A stretch of DNA of 64,000 nucleotides from Phycisphaeraceae bacterium (GCA_963674705.1 OY771506.1:4736001-4800000), one strand, 5' to 3'. Positions 52,912 to 63,492 are shown, counted from the first letter of the stretch. The notes: generated by a model from the letters alone, not told the origin. Numbers and translations: made by a program.

Positions 52912-52941
52912 TACCGGGCAATCTTGCCCAGCTCAAACCAC

Positions 52942-52971
52942 GCGTCCCGTAGATTAAACGCTTCGGGACGC
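52942..52971 (+). terminator. Stem-loop after the first PEP-CTERM gene
   Basis: GCGTCCCG pairs with CGGGACGC; no strong U tract, so possibly a stabilising hairpin. Confidence 0.4.
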
Positions 52972-53060
52972 ATTGAATGACGGACGCTGAATTGCAGTTT
53001 CAGCCTCATAGATTCGAGAGAAACAGGAACCTTGACCATAGCTTTTCCACTTGGGAGATC

Positions 53061-54311
53061 ATGCAAATGCAAGCCTCGACATACATCCGTACCGCAACGT
53101 TTTCATTAGCAATTGCCGGCCTGACGCTTTCCGCCGGTTCGGCAAACGCCGCACTGGTTGCCGCAGACAGCTTCCTTGATGGCGGCAGCGCACCCGATAC
53201 AACAGTAGGTCAATACCAAACCGACGGCTTCGGGGGTCTGGGCACCACCCTCCGCTCGCAGGATCCAACGGTTCTAGGCTTCGTGAATCCATGGGGTGGA
53301 ACCAGTAATACCGGTATCGGCTGGTACTCTACCGGCAACATCCTCACACGATCGACCGGATTGGACCTGGGCTATGGTTTCGAGCAGCCCGGTTCCATCG
53401 GATATCTGAATACACCCAATGACTTCCTCGTCCGGTTCATCCAGCGTGAACTTGACACCGCCTCCATCGCTCCAACCAGCACCTGGTATATGTCCGCTAT
53501 CGTCAATCCCGGCGGAGACCTGGGTGACGGCCGACAAGGCTTCCTCTACGCAGGTTTCACCAACGACCTGACAGACGGCCGGCTGTATCGAGACCCTGAT
53601 GATGATCCGGGAAATATCGGGAACCTGTTTGGTGCAGTTGTTGGTTTTGAAAAAGACTCGGCGAACAACGAAATGGACCTCGTCTTGCGTCACCGGCAGG
53701 ATATCGGCGGTAGTATCGAACCTGCCAGCAACATCTTGATTGATGGTGTTGTTGACCAGACCAGTTATGCGGTATTTTTGAAGATTGATGCGGTTGCGGG
53801 TGGCGTTGATACGATCAAGTACTGGGTCAATCCAGCAGGCAGCAGTGAAGCCGAATGGGACCTGACCAATGATGCCACTGGCACGCTATCGAGCTATGGC
53901 TTTAATTCAGATGCTGATAACTGGAACGCGCTGGACCTGGATATGAACCGTGCGGTTATCTCAACAGGCAACTGGAACGGCTCGATGAGCGTTGATGAAC
54001 TGCGTCTGGCAACAACTTTCGAGGACTTGCTGGGTCTTTCCACCAACATTGATGGTGACCTGAATAGTGATGGTTTCGTTGGCCTGGACGACTTGGATAT
54101 CGTGCTTAACAACTGGAATCAGAACGTAACACCTGGTGATTTACTTGCCGGGGATCCAAGCAACGATGGTTTCGTAGGTCTGGACGACTTGGATATCGTA
54201 CTTAACAACTGGAACGCTGGTACGCCCCCCACTTCAGGCATCGTCCCGGAACCCACAACCTTAGCACTATTCAGTTTCAGCGGGATTGCACTGCTCCGTC
54301 GACGTGATTGA
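53061..54311 (+). CDS. PEP-CTERM protein with tandem dockerin-like (EF-hand) repeats
   Basis: Signal peptide ...ANA|ALVA; two copies of GD...DGFVGLDDLDIVLNNWN; VPEPTTL...RRR tail. Confidence 0.92.
   Translation: MQMQASTYIRTATFSLAIAGLTLSAGSANAALVAADSFLDGGSAPDTTVGQYQTDGFGGLGTTLRSQDPTVLGFVNPWGGTSNTGIGWYSTGNILTRSTGLDLGYGFEQPGSIGYLNTPNDFLVRFIQRELDTASIAPTSTWYMSAIVNPGGDLGDGRQGFLYAGFTNDLTDGRLYRDPDDDPGNIGNLFGAVVGFEKDSANNEMDLVLRHRQDIGGSIEPASNILIDGVVDQTSYAVFLKIDAVAGGVDTIKYWVNPAGSSEAEWDLTNDATGTLSSYGFNSDADNWNALDLDMNRAVISTGNWNGSMSVDELRLATTFEDLLGLSTNIDGDLNSDGFVGLDDLDIVLNNWNQNVTPGDLLAGDPSNDGFVGLDDLDIVLNNWNAGTPPTSGIVPEPTTLALFSFSGIALLRRRD
54069..54214 (+). repeat. Direct repeat encoding the dockerin-like pair
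   Basis: 54069-54118 and 54165-54214 are 47/50 identical. Confidence 0.9.
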
Positions 54312-54419
54312 ACCACAGACTCCCTGCCGCGGAATTAACCATCCGCGACAGGCTTTTACATACACCGTTGGGGAAGAACAATAGCCACTGTTACTTCTAT
54401 TCAGGACAGGACAGACGCA

Positions 54420-55244
54420 ATGCGCATGAACGCAGCCAAACACAACGGCTTTACACTCATCGAACTGCTGGTGGTCATCTCGATCATCGCTTTGCTGGTC
54501 GGCATTTTGCTGCCGGCGCTAGGCGCAGCGCGTAAGACAGCGCAGCGAGTGCAATGCTCTTCTCGTCTGCGTCAGGTAAACTTGGCATTAATCACATACA
54601 CAAACGATTACAATGGGCAATTCCCGACAAACTTCATCAAACCAGCCTCAGGTTTCGGTCAGCCAGCCGAACCTGCGTTCTGGTATGACAAGGAACGTAT
54701 CGGCGAATACTTGCCGGGCGTCGAGGAAGCCGGTACAGGCTCGATCGGCGGCGGCGTCCTGGCCTGCCCCGTGGATGAAGGCGCCGCACGCACATATGCG
54801 GTCAATATTCATTCCTCCAGCGACAAACTAGACACCGATCCCGATCGCTACTTCACAACCGGTTCGGTCAAACGCACCACATCCATGCTCCTTGCGACCG
54901 AAAGCTGGGCATACAACAACGACGGCAATGCGTTCTACGCCGATTCTGAGGTTGGTGGTTACCCAACCCCCTTTGATCCAGCAGCTTGGTTCGGCTATAA
55001 CGGCAGCGTGAATAAAGGCGGGTTGAAAGCCATGTTTGGTGCTGGCGTTAAAAGTGAAATCCGATACAACCTGCATGCTGATGCAGATAACGAGTCCTTC
55101 GAAGGGTCAGTGAACATGGCTTATGTCGATGGACACGTCTCCGTAAAAAGTGCAGGCGAACTGGTCGACACTTCAAGTGGTCGAAGTACCTATGACACAC
55201 TCTGGTCGGAAGTCGACGAGAAGCATGGTGTCACTGCACCGTAA
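54420..55244 (+). CDS. Prepilin-type cleavage/methylation protein (DUF1559-like)
   Basis: [34 protein letters not shown]...N.AYVDGH. Confidence 0.92.
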   Translation: MRMNAAKHNGFTLIELLVVISIIALLVGILLPALGAARKTAQRVQCSSRLRQVNLALITYTNDYNGQFPTNFIKPASGFGQPAEPAFWYDKERIGEYLPGVEEAGTGSIGGGVLACPVDEGAARTYAVNIHSSSDKLDTDPDRYFTTGSVKRTTSMLLATESWAYNNDGNAFYADSEVGGYPTPFDPAAWFGYNGSVNKGGLKAMFGAGVKSEIRYNLHADADNESFEGSVNMAYVDGHVSVKSAGELVDTSSGRSTYDTLWSEVDEKHGVTAP

Positions 55245-55269
55245 TAGGAAGATCTAAAGCGAACGTATC

Positions 55270-56910
55270 ATGTGTACCTCATTCCGGCTGATCGTTCTTA
55301 CACTGATTTTGCTGTGTGTGGTTACAACGTCACACGCAGCGGCGCCAGAAGTGCGGGCCACACTCCTGACTACGACCGGCCCGGACCATATCGCATCTGG
55401 CAACAATACCGCGCAGACTATGAGCCAGCTCCGTGATGTCGGACTCAATACCGTTTATGTCGAAACATGGAAAAATGGCTACACACAATTCCCCTCGCAG
55501 GTACTGGACGACCTGATCGGATACGATCGTTTGCCTACACTCGGTACCCGAGACCTTGTCGCTGAAACCGTTCTGGAAGCACACCGCAATCAACTGAATT
55601 ACATCGGCTGGTTCGAATATGGGCTTGCCAGCCAGTACATAGGTTCGGGTGGAGCGCCAAGTAATCCACTCTCGCAGTACATGATGAGTAACGGCTGGTT
55701 GCTACAGGATGTCAATGGCAACTTTGCCAACTCATCCAACGGGTACGCATGGATGAATCCTGCTGTACCTGAGGTCAGACAGCTCTTGGTAGACCTCACC
55801 GTCGAGGCGGTACAAAACTATGACCTGGATGGTGTGATGCACGACGACCGTCTGGCTTGGCCAAAGGAGTTCGGCTGGGATCAGACTACCAGGAACATCT
55901 ACTATGCTGAGACCGGCAACGTGCTGACTAACAACCCCAGCACCTACCAATTAAATTTATTTAACAACTGGCGACAGGGCAAAGTTCAATTACTTGCTCA
56001 AGAGCTATATGACGCTGTCAAGGCCATACGCCCGGATATTGTTTTCTCGGTGAGTCCGGCTATCACGCCTTGGGCAACGAGTAACTATATGGCCGACTGG
56101 CCCGATTGGGTCGACGCTGGGATCTTCGATGAGTACGCGCCACAAGTATATCGCGACAACTACGCATCCTATCTCAATGAAATGCCTAACCAGATCACGG
56201 CCATGCAGCCCGATGATATGGATAAACTCGTTCCCGCATTGCGCTCGGTCGGGTCAGGCGATCCAACGCCATACGCTGATCTGGAATTAATGATCGAACA
56301 CACACGCAGCATCGGTGCCGCCGGCCACGCCATCTGGTACAGTCAAGGCGTGCTGGATCTCTATGAATCCGAACTTACCACCTTCTATGATGTGGCAAAC
56401 CAAGGACCCGCCGAGAGCCCGATGTTTGAATTAGGCCACCGACCCACACCGCTTAACGGGAAATATGTGGGAGTGGGCGTCTGGGAATTTAACGTACCTG
56501 CAGATGGTGGCTATCAGATCATTGGCAAGCTGACGGGGGGCGACTGGGAATCGATCGACAGCATGCTGCTACCTGAAGGCTACTATCAGCTTTTTTTGCC
56601 TGGGTATGTTACGGTTGAAGCTCTCGTAGACCATCGTCCTGGTCTGAACCTGCAAGGTGATCTCAATGCAGACGGTTTCGTAGGCCTTGATGATCTGGAC
56701 ATCATACTAATCAATTGGAATATGACTATACCACCCGGTAACCCACTGGCAGATACCACCAAAGATGCCTACGTTGGCTTACAGGACCTTGATAGTGTAT
56801 TGAACAATTGGAACATTGGCACAACAACCTCAGCTAATTCTAATATTCCAGAACCAACTTCATGTGTATACGTCGGGTTCCTTGCTTTTCAGTTTCTAAT
56901 ACGAAAATAA
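55270..56910 (+). CDS. GHL10 glycoside hydrolase + dockerin-like pair + PEP-CTERM
   Basis: Signal peptide; NTVYVETWKNGYTQ.PSQVL shared with 42146-43633; GDLNADGFVGLDDLD; IPEPTS...RK tail. Confidence 0.9.
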   Translation: MCTSFRLIVLTLILLCVVTTSHAAAPEVRATLLTTTGPDHIASGNNTAQTMSQLRDVGLNTVYVETWKNGYTQFPSQVLDDLIGYDRLPTLGTRDLVAETVLEAHRNQLNYIGWFEYGLASQYIGSGGAPSNPLSQYMMSNGWLLQDVNGNFANSSNGYAWMNPAVPEVRQLLVDLTVEAVQNYDLDGVMHDDRLAWPKEFGWDQTTRNIYYAETGNVLTNNPSTYQLNLFNNWRQGKVQLLAQELYDAVKAIRPDIVFSVSPAITPWATSNYMADWPDWVDAGIFDEYAPQVYRDNYASYLNEMPNQITAMQPDDMDKLVPALRSVGSGDPTPYADLELMIEHTRSIGAAGHAIWYSQGVLDLYESELTTFYDVANQGPAESPMFELGHRPTPLNGKYVGVGVWEFNVPADGGYQIIGKLTGGDWESIDSMLLPEGYYQLFLPGYVTVEALVDHRPGLNLQGDLNADGFVGLDDLDIILINWNMTIPPGNPLADTTKDAYVGLQDLDSVLNNWNIGTTTSANSNIPEPTSCVYVGFLAFQFLIRK

Positions 56911-56939
56911 CAAGATAATCTCTATTGTACATGTCGGGA

Positions 56940-57064
56940 TGTAATCCCCCCCATTCTTAGCGCATATAAAAGTATAGGGGTTCATGCTCCGTGGGGGTTA
57001 GGGGAGGCGAGATGCTGAGGCCGGAGGGCGGGGCGCAGCCCCGAACGGAGGGCTCGGCATCTCG
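56940..57064 (+). repeat. Orphan IS-left-end-like repeat (copy 2) with a GC-rich hairpin
   Basis: Matches 39881-39965. CGAGATGCTGAG pairs with CTCGGCATCTCG around GGGGCGCAGCCCC. Abuts a truncated GH31 gene. Confidence 0.75.
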
Positions 57065-57075
57065 AAACGGTTTGC

Positions 57076-58604
57076 TCATATCGGGCAAGGTAACCCGCCG
57101 GCGTCTGGCCCGTTGAAAGGCACACCTGAAAGCGCGAGGTTCAGTGAAGTGGGGATCGCCATGCGCATATAATACTCGTTGGAATAGTTATCGCCCGTCC
57201 ACAAAGCCGCATAACGATTGATCGACATACTGCCGCTGCGTGATAAGACAAACGGCCGGGCGTCGGGGTGAATTTGCCGAAGCGCAGTATGTGTTGCCTT
57301 GGCCATCCCATTGGCGTATTGGTTGTGATAGGCCTCTTGTGGGAGCTTACCTCGGTCAAAACGCATCTCGCCATTTTCACTCGGGCCTGTGGATGGATCG
57401 TTCATGTCAATCCACACGCCGGTGATGCCTAGCTCCGCAACACACTTCTGTGTCCAGTTAGCCCACCAGTCGCGCCCTTCCTGCATGGAAAAGTCGGGGA
57501 ACACCTTGGTGCCCGGCCAGACAAACCCGACGAAGTCCCCACCCGCCGGATTCTTGCAGAAAACGCCCGCTTTCTTGCCGGACTTATACCCGTCGAAGTG
57601 CCGATCGACCTTCACGCCCGGATCGAGGATCGGCAACACGCGCCGACCTCGCGATTGCAACTCTGTAATCTGATCTTTTAGCTTCGCCAGTGTTTGTCAT
57701 CCCAGCTAAACACACGGAAACCGCTCATGTAATCGATGTCGAGCCATAAGCCATCGTTCGGGATGCCGTGTCTAGCGCAGGCTTTGTCGATACGATCCAG
57801 ATCCTTGTAACCAGCGTAACCCCATCGGCATTGGTGGTGGCCCAGCGCCCATAGCGGCGGCAGCGGGGTCGTGCCAACGAGACACTGTAACTTGCATGTC
57901 AACTCACGTAGCGTTGGGCCAACAATGAAGAACACATCAGGATGACCGTCCGGCGCACCGATATAGAAGCGTGATTTACTCCGATTGCCGTCATCAGCGT
58001 TGGCTTGATCAGCGATGCGGACTTTTGGATTGATCGACATGAAGACCGCACATGGATTGTTCACCAAGACGCCGGCAAAGCGGTTGCCGCGTTTGATGAT
58101 CAGATACGGGATGGAGACATATAGCGGATCGGGCACGCGGTGGATAATGTGATCATTGTCGAAGTCAGCCCAGACGTCGGTGTTCCAGAATTTAGTAAAT
58201 CGCCCGGAATGTTCAATGCCCCATGCCTTCTCACCCAAGCCATAAAATCGCATCGCCTTGTTGTGCTCAAACTGCATCATCCAGGCCTACCCCGACACGC
58301 CGAACACACGCCCCGATTCGGAATTCAGCAACACGCGGCCTTTGGTATCTCGCAAGCAGAAACCGCTGGACGGGCGCATCTCACTAAATGATTTTGTAGC
58401 CCTATCGAAGTTGAGATCGAACTCAGCCTGACTTGGATTCTTCGGCCAACGACGTTCACGGATGCTGAGCCGATGGACGTCTTCGCCCAGATGTATCCAT
58501 CTCCGCCGAAAGGTCTTGCCGGCTATCTTCCAGCCGGTCGCCGTGCAATCACGAGCGACTGGAAAGACAAAATTTTCAGGCTGATGACATTTATGAAAGT
58601 ACAT
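57076..58604 (-). pseudogene. GH31 alpha-glucosidase pseudogene
   Basis: YGLGEK, LY.SIP, PPLWALG.HQCRWGY, WLDIDYM, W.DMNDP, WTGDN, GPD.GG. In-frame TAG at 58287-58289, a frameshift near 57675 and C-terminal truncation near 57090. Confidence 0.92.
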
Positions 58605-58651
58605 AATAAAAAATCACAGCAGGGAGACGACGATGCTAGCCAGCCTCGTCA

Positions 58652-61600
58652 TCAATTCTCCGCGCCTAATGGGATGGCAGGTACGTGCGAGACGTTCCAC
58701 AGCCGAACGTTGAAGCCCCATTCGCCTGTCCCCTGGCTAACGCGTGCAACAATCCGGTGCTTCCCTTTGCCGAGTTTCACACGCGCTACATCTTCATCCG
58801 GTGTAAACGCCCGGGGATTCTCCGCATCGATTACACACTCACCATCAACCCACAGCACCAACCCATCGTCCGATCCACAGCGTAGTTCGATCTCGGTCGG
58901 CGAGTCCAGATCAAAACTCGTTGTGCAGTAGGCCATGATGTGATGGTCTTGTGACAACTGCTTCAGATCATACCAACCAAGTGATTGATCAGCGACGAGT
59001 GGTTGCCACATCATGCCCGCAACGCGATCGGGCAGAGGTTGTTGGTTGACTATCGCGTCTTCAATAATTGATTGCCCGTTGACGTCTTGTTTGGCGTTGT
59101 AGGCGAACGGGCCAATGCATCGCCAATCAAGCGAGAATCCCACGTTTGCCACCTCGCCCTGCTCAGGACGGTCTTTGCTATAAGCACTCGCGTCGGCAAG
59201 CGCATCGGTCAGGCCAGCAACAGGATTCCCTTGAGGATCTGTTATGCGCGCGACCATTGCCCAGCCGTACTCTCCCTGTGCGACTTTGATCAGCAGGCGA
59301 TTGACACCTTTCTTGAATGTCGTATCGATGATGTCCTGATCGGGTTGCGCCGCGCGATCGTAGCTTTGAGCTATCAGCATCTCACCATTGACCCAAAGTG
59401 ATAACGTGTCATCCGTGCCGAGGCGCAGCTGTACAGGCTGATCACGATCGCTATGTATCAGGGCGGTTGCATAGGCGTAAGCATTAGTCTGCTGCCCAAA
59501 CAGAGCGTTAAAATCCAGGCCGTCCATCTCGGCGACTTGCTCGGGATCGACGGCTTCCCAACGAAGCAGTCCGACGGGTGTCTTGAACTGCGATTTAGGA
59601 CCGAAGGACCATTCGGCAGCGGCTGTGGCAGCAAAGGCTTGGGCCTTGGAGGAGGCGGGGAATGGCCCGGCAACCAGCCAGGTCGGTGAAACGATCAGCG
59701 CCGCCTCAGCACGGCCGTAGGTAATACCGTTGGAACGCGCCAAGATCTCGGCACGTACATCGCCGACATACCCTTCAGATACCGCAAACGGAACGAGAAA
59801 CTCAAAGTCCCTGCACTCACCCGGTTCAAGCCAGAATACCCCCCCACCAGCATGCTTGGTCATCATTTCACGCGGCAATGACAGATCCATGTTGACACGA
59901 CAACCTTTTGCTGTCGCATTCGTCACCCGACCCGTGATGCGACCGCCTTTCGTCTCCACACGCAAATACGGATCATCCACTTCAACCCGGATCAGGTCAT
60001 GCCAACTGATCTCACCCCGAGTTAATAGTGAATCCTGGCTATCCTGCTCAATATACAGTTCATAAACCTGCCTGCGCCCAACCGCCGCCGCGACATCAGA
60101 CGGGGTCAGGTCCACCCAGGCCTGACCAGCGGGTGACATTTTCAACGACGCATCGTAAACATCGCCCGGCGCATCGGCGAAGTACCATCGTGCTTTGTAC
60201 GTCGAACCCGTCGCCACGGATTTTCTAAAACGCAACAGCACAGGATCGCCTTGGGGAAGCCCCCGCAACGGGGCCTGGACATTTCGGACCATCGGCAGTT
60301 CAGACGACTGCGCATCGGCAAAAACAACTTGCTGTGCAGCGGACCCGACGCGGACAAACAACGGCGCATCCACCATGCCGATCGGCACGCTGTATTCCCC
60401 CGGGCCTTCAAATACCATTGCGGATAGCGCGTGCCGCCACTGCCCATCAGGGAAGTGAACGATTCGACCGGTCGCGCCTTCTCGCATAACCGGCGCGACA
60501 AGCATGTCGCTGCCAAGCATGTACTGATCGGGCACAGCCGCGCCGTCGTGTTTACCGGTGACAAAGAACATCGGGCGCATGATGGGCATACCGGTCCTTG
60601 CAGCTTCCCGGCCGAGGTCTTCAAGCAAAGGCCGGATCGTGGCGCGGAGTGCAGCGAGCTTCCGGTAAGCCACGATCGCCTCTTCACCGAAGTGCCAAGG
60701 CTCGCGCGGCTCGATGCCGTGAAACTGCATGAATGGACTAAGCGCGCCAAACTGCAACCAGCGGATGTACAGTTCGGGTGTGCAGTGGCCATAATACCCG
60801 CCGATGTCGTGGCCCCAGAACGGCATACCGGAAATACCTGTGCTAAGACCCGCCGGGATCAGCCTGCGCATCTGCGACCATTCAGCGCCTTGGTCGCCTG
60901 CCCAAAGCCCGGGGGATTCTTCGATGTGAGTGCTGCCACTACGCGCCCAGATCATGCCGTCGCTGCCCACGAGTTGGTAGGTCGCTTGGTTGTACACCGT
61001 TGAGTAGAGATTATGACCATCCCAACCCCGCCTACCATTACTCATTACATCGGTTGGCTTGATCGCTTCGCCGTCGTCGGCCTTGAAACCGGCTACACCG
61101 AGTTCAACGACCGGACGCATCATCTGTTTATAAAACTCGATAGCACGATCGTTCGTGAAGTCGATATTGGCAAACCCAGCCAACCATTCTTCGCGAAGGC
61201 TGACATTCCCCTCGGGATCAAGCACGAGGAACCCCTGCTCTTTTGCCTGGGCGAACCACGGCGAGGACGGATGAAGGATCGGGACCTGCCATAGCACAAC
61301 CTTTACATTCTCACGTTTACAGCGTGCAAAGAATCCCTCGACGTCGGGCCAACGCGCCCTATCAAAACGATTGAATTCTCCGGTCTCACTCGGGCCTTTC
61401 CATGCTTCGAGCACGATCACACCAAAGGGCAGACGTAATGCCTGCATCTTGTCCATCACAGCCTCAGCCTCGGCCTGCGTCTCATAGCTGTTCTTGCTGA
61501 TCCACGGGGCATAGGCCCAATCCGGCGCGGGATCGCGACCGACCAGGTTGTCACCGAACATGACGTCGTAACGCGATTGGATCATCGACGGGACGTCGGG

Positions 61601-62302
61601 GCCAAAAGTCACCCAGAAGTAAATACTGTTGCCGGTAAATCTGTATCGATGCCAGCCGTCACCGTTGCTATTGAGATCAAAGTCACCTTCGGGATTGTTA
61701 AAGGCAAAGAAGCCATAACCAGCCGAGGAGTAAATCACGGGTGTGACAAAGTAGGATGCGCTACCGTCGCCCTGCCCGGGCTCATCAACGATCCACATAC
61801 CGATCTTGCGGCCGGCGACGTTGAGCGCGTCAAATCGTTCGCCCAGGCCGTAAAGCGCCTCATAGTCAGTTGCGCGCCATGCGACTTCGATGCCGGGGAC
61901 ATCGGCTCGCCCGTAAGTCTCAAGTTTTCGGATTCGGGCGATCCACTGCTTGCCGCTCTTGTGTGTGATGTGCAGTTCCTGCTTGTCTGAGTCGAACCGG
62001 ATCGTGCATTCGCCGCGGGTGATCGTTTCGTTAGTAGCAGTCTCGTCTAATGGAGCGTTCCATGCGAACAGTTGGACATAAACCGTATCGGGGTGATCAG
62101 TGTTGTCATCGCCAACCCCCACACGCAGCCCCCCACCGAAGTCGTGGAATCTCGAGATTTCGCGGTCTTCGTACTGGGCGTTGGCAGACGAGAGGCCCAG
62201 CAGGACCACAACGACATAAATGAAGTATTTAGCTGCTGCTGGGTACCAGTTCATCGAGTTGGACCTTCGTTTGCTAACGCCCATCATCGCATAATTTTTC
62301 AA
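58652..62302 (-). CDS. Secreted multidomain GH31 glycosidase (YicI-like) with two C-terminal PA14-like domains
   Basis: YGLGERF, GFKADDGE (nucleophile), WAGD (acid/base), HDIGG, ELY.RW.QFG; two G(T/S)DD...LWV.G / LL.KV.Q..G.W modules. Probable start at 62254. Confidence 0.9.
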   Translation of the reverse strand: MKNYAMMGVSKRRSNSMNWYPAAAKYFIYVVVVLLGLSSANAQYEDREISRFHDFGGGLRVGVGDDNTDHPDTVYVQLFAWNAPLDETATNETITRGECTIRFDSDKQELHITHKSGKQWIARIRKLETYGRADVPGIEVAWRATDYEALYGLGERFDALNVAGRKIGMWIVDEPGQGDGSASYFVTPVIYSSAGYGFFAFNNPEGDFDLNSNGDGWHRYRFTGNSIYFWVTFGPDVPSMIQSRYDVMFGDNLVGRDPAPDWAYAPWISKNSYETQAEAEAVMDKMQALRLPFGVIVLEAWKGPSETGEFNRFDRARWPDVEGFFARCKRENVKVVLWQVPILHPSSPWFAQAKEQGFLVLDPEGNVSLREEWLAGFANIDFTNDRAIEFYKQMMRPVVELGVAGFKADDGEAIKPTDVMSNGRRGWDGHNLYSTVYNQATYQLVGSDGMIWARSGSTHIEESPGLWAGDQGAEWSQMRRLIPAGLSTGISGMPFWGHDIGGYYGHCTPELYIRWLQFGALSPFMQFHGIEPREPWHFGEEAIVAYRKLAALRATIRPLLEDLGREAARTGMPIMRPMFFVTGKHDGAAVPDQYMLGSDMLVAPVMREGATGRIVHFPDGQWRHALSAMVFEGPGEYSVPIGMVDAPLFVRVGSAAQQVVFADAQSSELPMVRNVQAPLRGLPQGDPVLLRFRKSVATGSTYKARWYFADAPGDVYDASLKMSPAGQAWVDLTPSDVAAAVGRRQVYELYIEQDSQDSLLTRGEISWHDLIRVEVDDPYLRVETKGGRITGRVTNATAKGCRVNMDLSLPREMMTKHAGGGVFWLEPGECRDFEFLVPFAVSEGYVGDVRAEILARSNGITYGRAEAALIVSPTWLVAGPFPASSKAQAFAATAAAEWSFGPKSQFKTPVGLLRWEAVDPEQVAEMDGLDFNALFGQQTNAYAYATALIHSDRDQPVQLRLGTDDTLSLWVNGEMLIAQSYDRAAQPDQDIIDTTFKKGVNRLLIKVAQGEYGWAMVARITDPQGNPVAGLTDALADASAYSKDRPEQGEVANVGFSLDWRCIGPFAYNAKQDVNGQSIIEDAIVNQQPLPDRVAGMMWQPLVADQSLGWYDLKQLSQDHHIMAYCTTSFDLDSPTEIELRCGSDDGLVLWVDGECVIDAENPRAFTPDEDVARVKLGKGKHRIVARVSQGTGEWGFNVRLWNVSHVPAIPLGAEN

Positions 62303-62320
62303 GTAGCGGGCGAATAACCG

Positions 62321-62361
62321 TTGACTAAATGCATTTAATCGTGCTATATTCCACTTGTCAA
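62321..62361. promoter_or_regulatory. Overlapping divergent promoters with a palindromic candidate LacI operator
   Basis: Plus strand TTGACT-N18-TATATT (with extended TG); minus-strand TTGACA at 62356-62361; palindrome TAAATGCATTTA at 62326-62337. Confidence 0.55.
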
Positions 62362-62427
62362 GCGTATTTATGGGGCCAGGAACGATTTAATTCATTTTTT
62401 ATAAATGACTTATGATCTTGAATCTCT

Positions 62428-63492
62428 GTGGCAAATAAACGGATGGCAACTAAACAAACATCCAAACCGGCGAAACGCGTCACCTCCATCAGTGGATTGG
62501 CGAAACATGTCGGCGTATCGCCCACCACGGTCTCGTTCGTCTTAAACGGCCAGGCCAAGCAACGCAAGATCGCACCGGCGACGGCGAAACGCGTCATGGA
62601 TGCCGCCAAGGAACTGGACTACGTGCCCAATGTCCTGGCACGTGGACTAAGACAAAACAAGACGCAGGCCATCGGCGTGGTCTTCCCACACCTGCGCAGC
62701 GACTGGGCTCACCGGATCATGAAAGGCATCAGCGAGGTCCTCGGTGATACCGGAGCCATACCCCTGATCGTCTGTCACTATGGCTCAGCCGATCTGGAAG
62801 GCGAACTGTTGCGCTCGCTGGTCGAACGACGGGTCGATGGCATCCTCTGCAACCCACTGCCCGACGGTGCACCGCGATATCGGCAGGTCAAGGACTGGGG
62901 CGTACCCTTGGTGCTGATGGGTGATGCGCCACGCGGTTTGGAAGACATCAGTTATGCAGCGTGGGACCCGGCCGCAGTCGGTTTAGCCACAAAACACCTT
63001 ATTAAACTAGGCCATAAGCGGATTGTGTATCTGGGTATCCGAGACAACCGCAAAATGGCGACAACCAGCCGGCATATGTTCTGCGATGCCATGGAAGAAG
63101 CGCATCTCGATTGCATGCGTCGCAACCTGATCCTCAACGAACCGGGCGAGGACTTCGAGGAACAGGTAATACGAATGCTGGACAAGGACGATGCACCGAC
63201 AGCGCTGTTCGTGCTGTATGACGACATCGCCATCAGTTTGTTAGATCGTTTATCCGCACGGGGGATACGTTGTCCGGAAGATATTTCAATTGCAACAATC
63301 GGCGGCTCGCCACTGGTCTCGGCACCGGGCTACGAGATCACAACAGTGCGTCCGCCTGTGGAGGAAGAAGGGCGCGTGGGTGCCGAGTGCTTGCTGCAGG
63401 TAATCGAAAACCCGCAGCGTGGCCCGATCCACCGCCTGGTGCCCGGCGGCCGGCTGGTCGAAGGCAAAACAACAGCCCCGCCGTCCAAATAA
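62428..63492 (+). CDS. LacI family transcriptional regulator
   Basis: SI..LAK..GVS.TTVS.VLNG; L.Y.PN..ARGL; LGHKRI; PEDIS. Confidence 0.95.
   Translation: MANKRMATKQTSKPAKRVTSISGLAKHVGVSPTTVSFVLNGQAKQRKIAPATAKRVMDAAKELDYVPNVLARGLRQNKTQAIGVVFPHLRSDWAHRIMKGISEVLGDTGAIPLIVCHYGSADLEGELLRSLVERRVDGILCNPLPDGAPRYRQVKDWGVPLVLMGDAPRGLEDISYAAWDPAAVGLATKHLIKLGHKRIVYLGIRDNRKMATTSRHMFCDAMEEAHLDCMRRNLILNEPGEDFEEQVIRMLDKDDAPTALFVLYDDIAISLLDRLSARGIRCPEDISIATIGGSPLVSAPGYEITTVRPPVEEEGRVGAECLLQVIENPQRGPIHRLVPGGRLVEGKTTAPPSK

Noticed and set aside
54069..54214. CRISPR-like repeat-spacer-repeat
   Set aside because: Only two copies, in frame, encoding dockerin-like motifs; no cas genes.
58287..58289. Stop-codon readthrough or recoding (in-frame TAG/TGA here and in 18-23 kb)
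   Set aside because: The same genes also have frameshifts and truncations, and intact genes in the window use TAG, TGA and TAA as normal stops.
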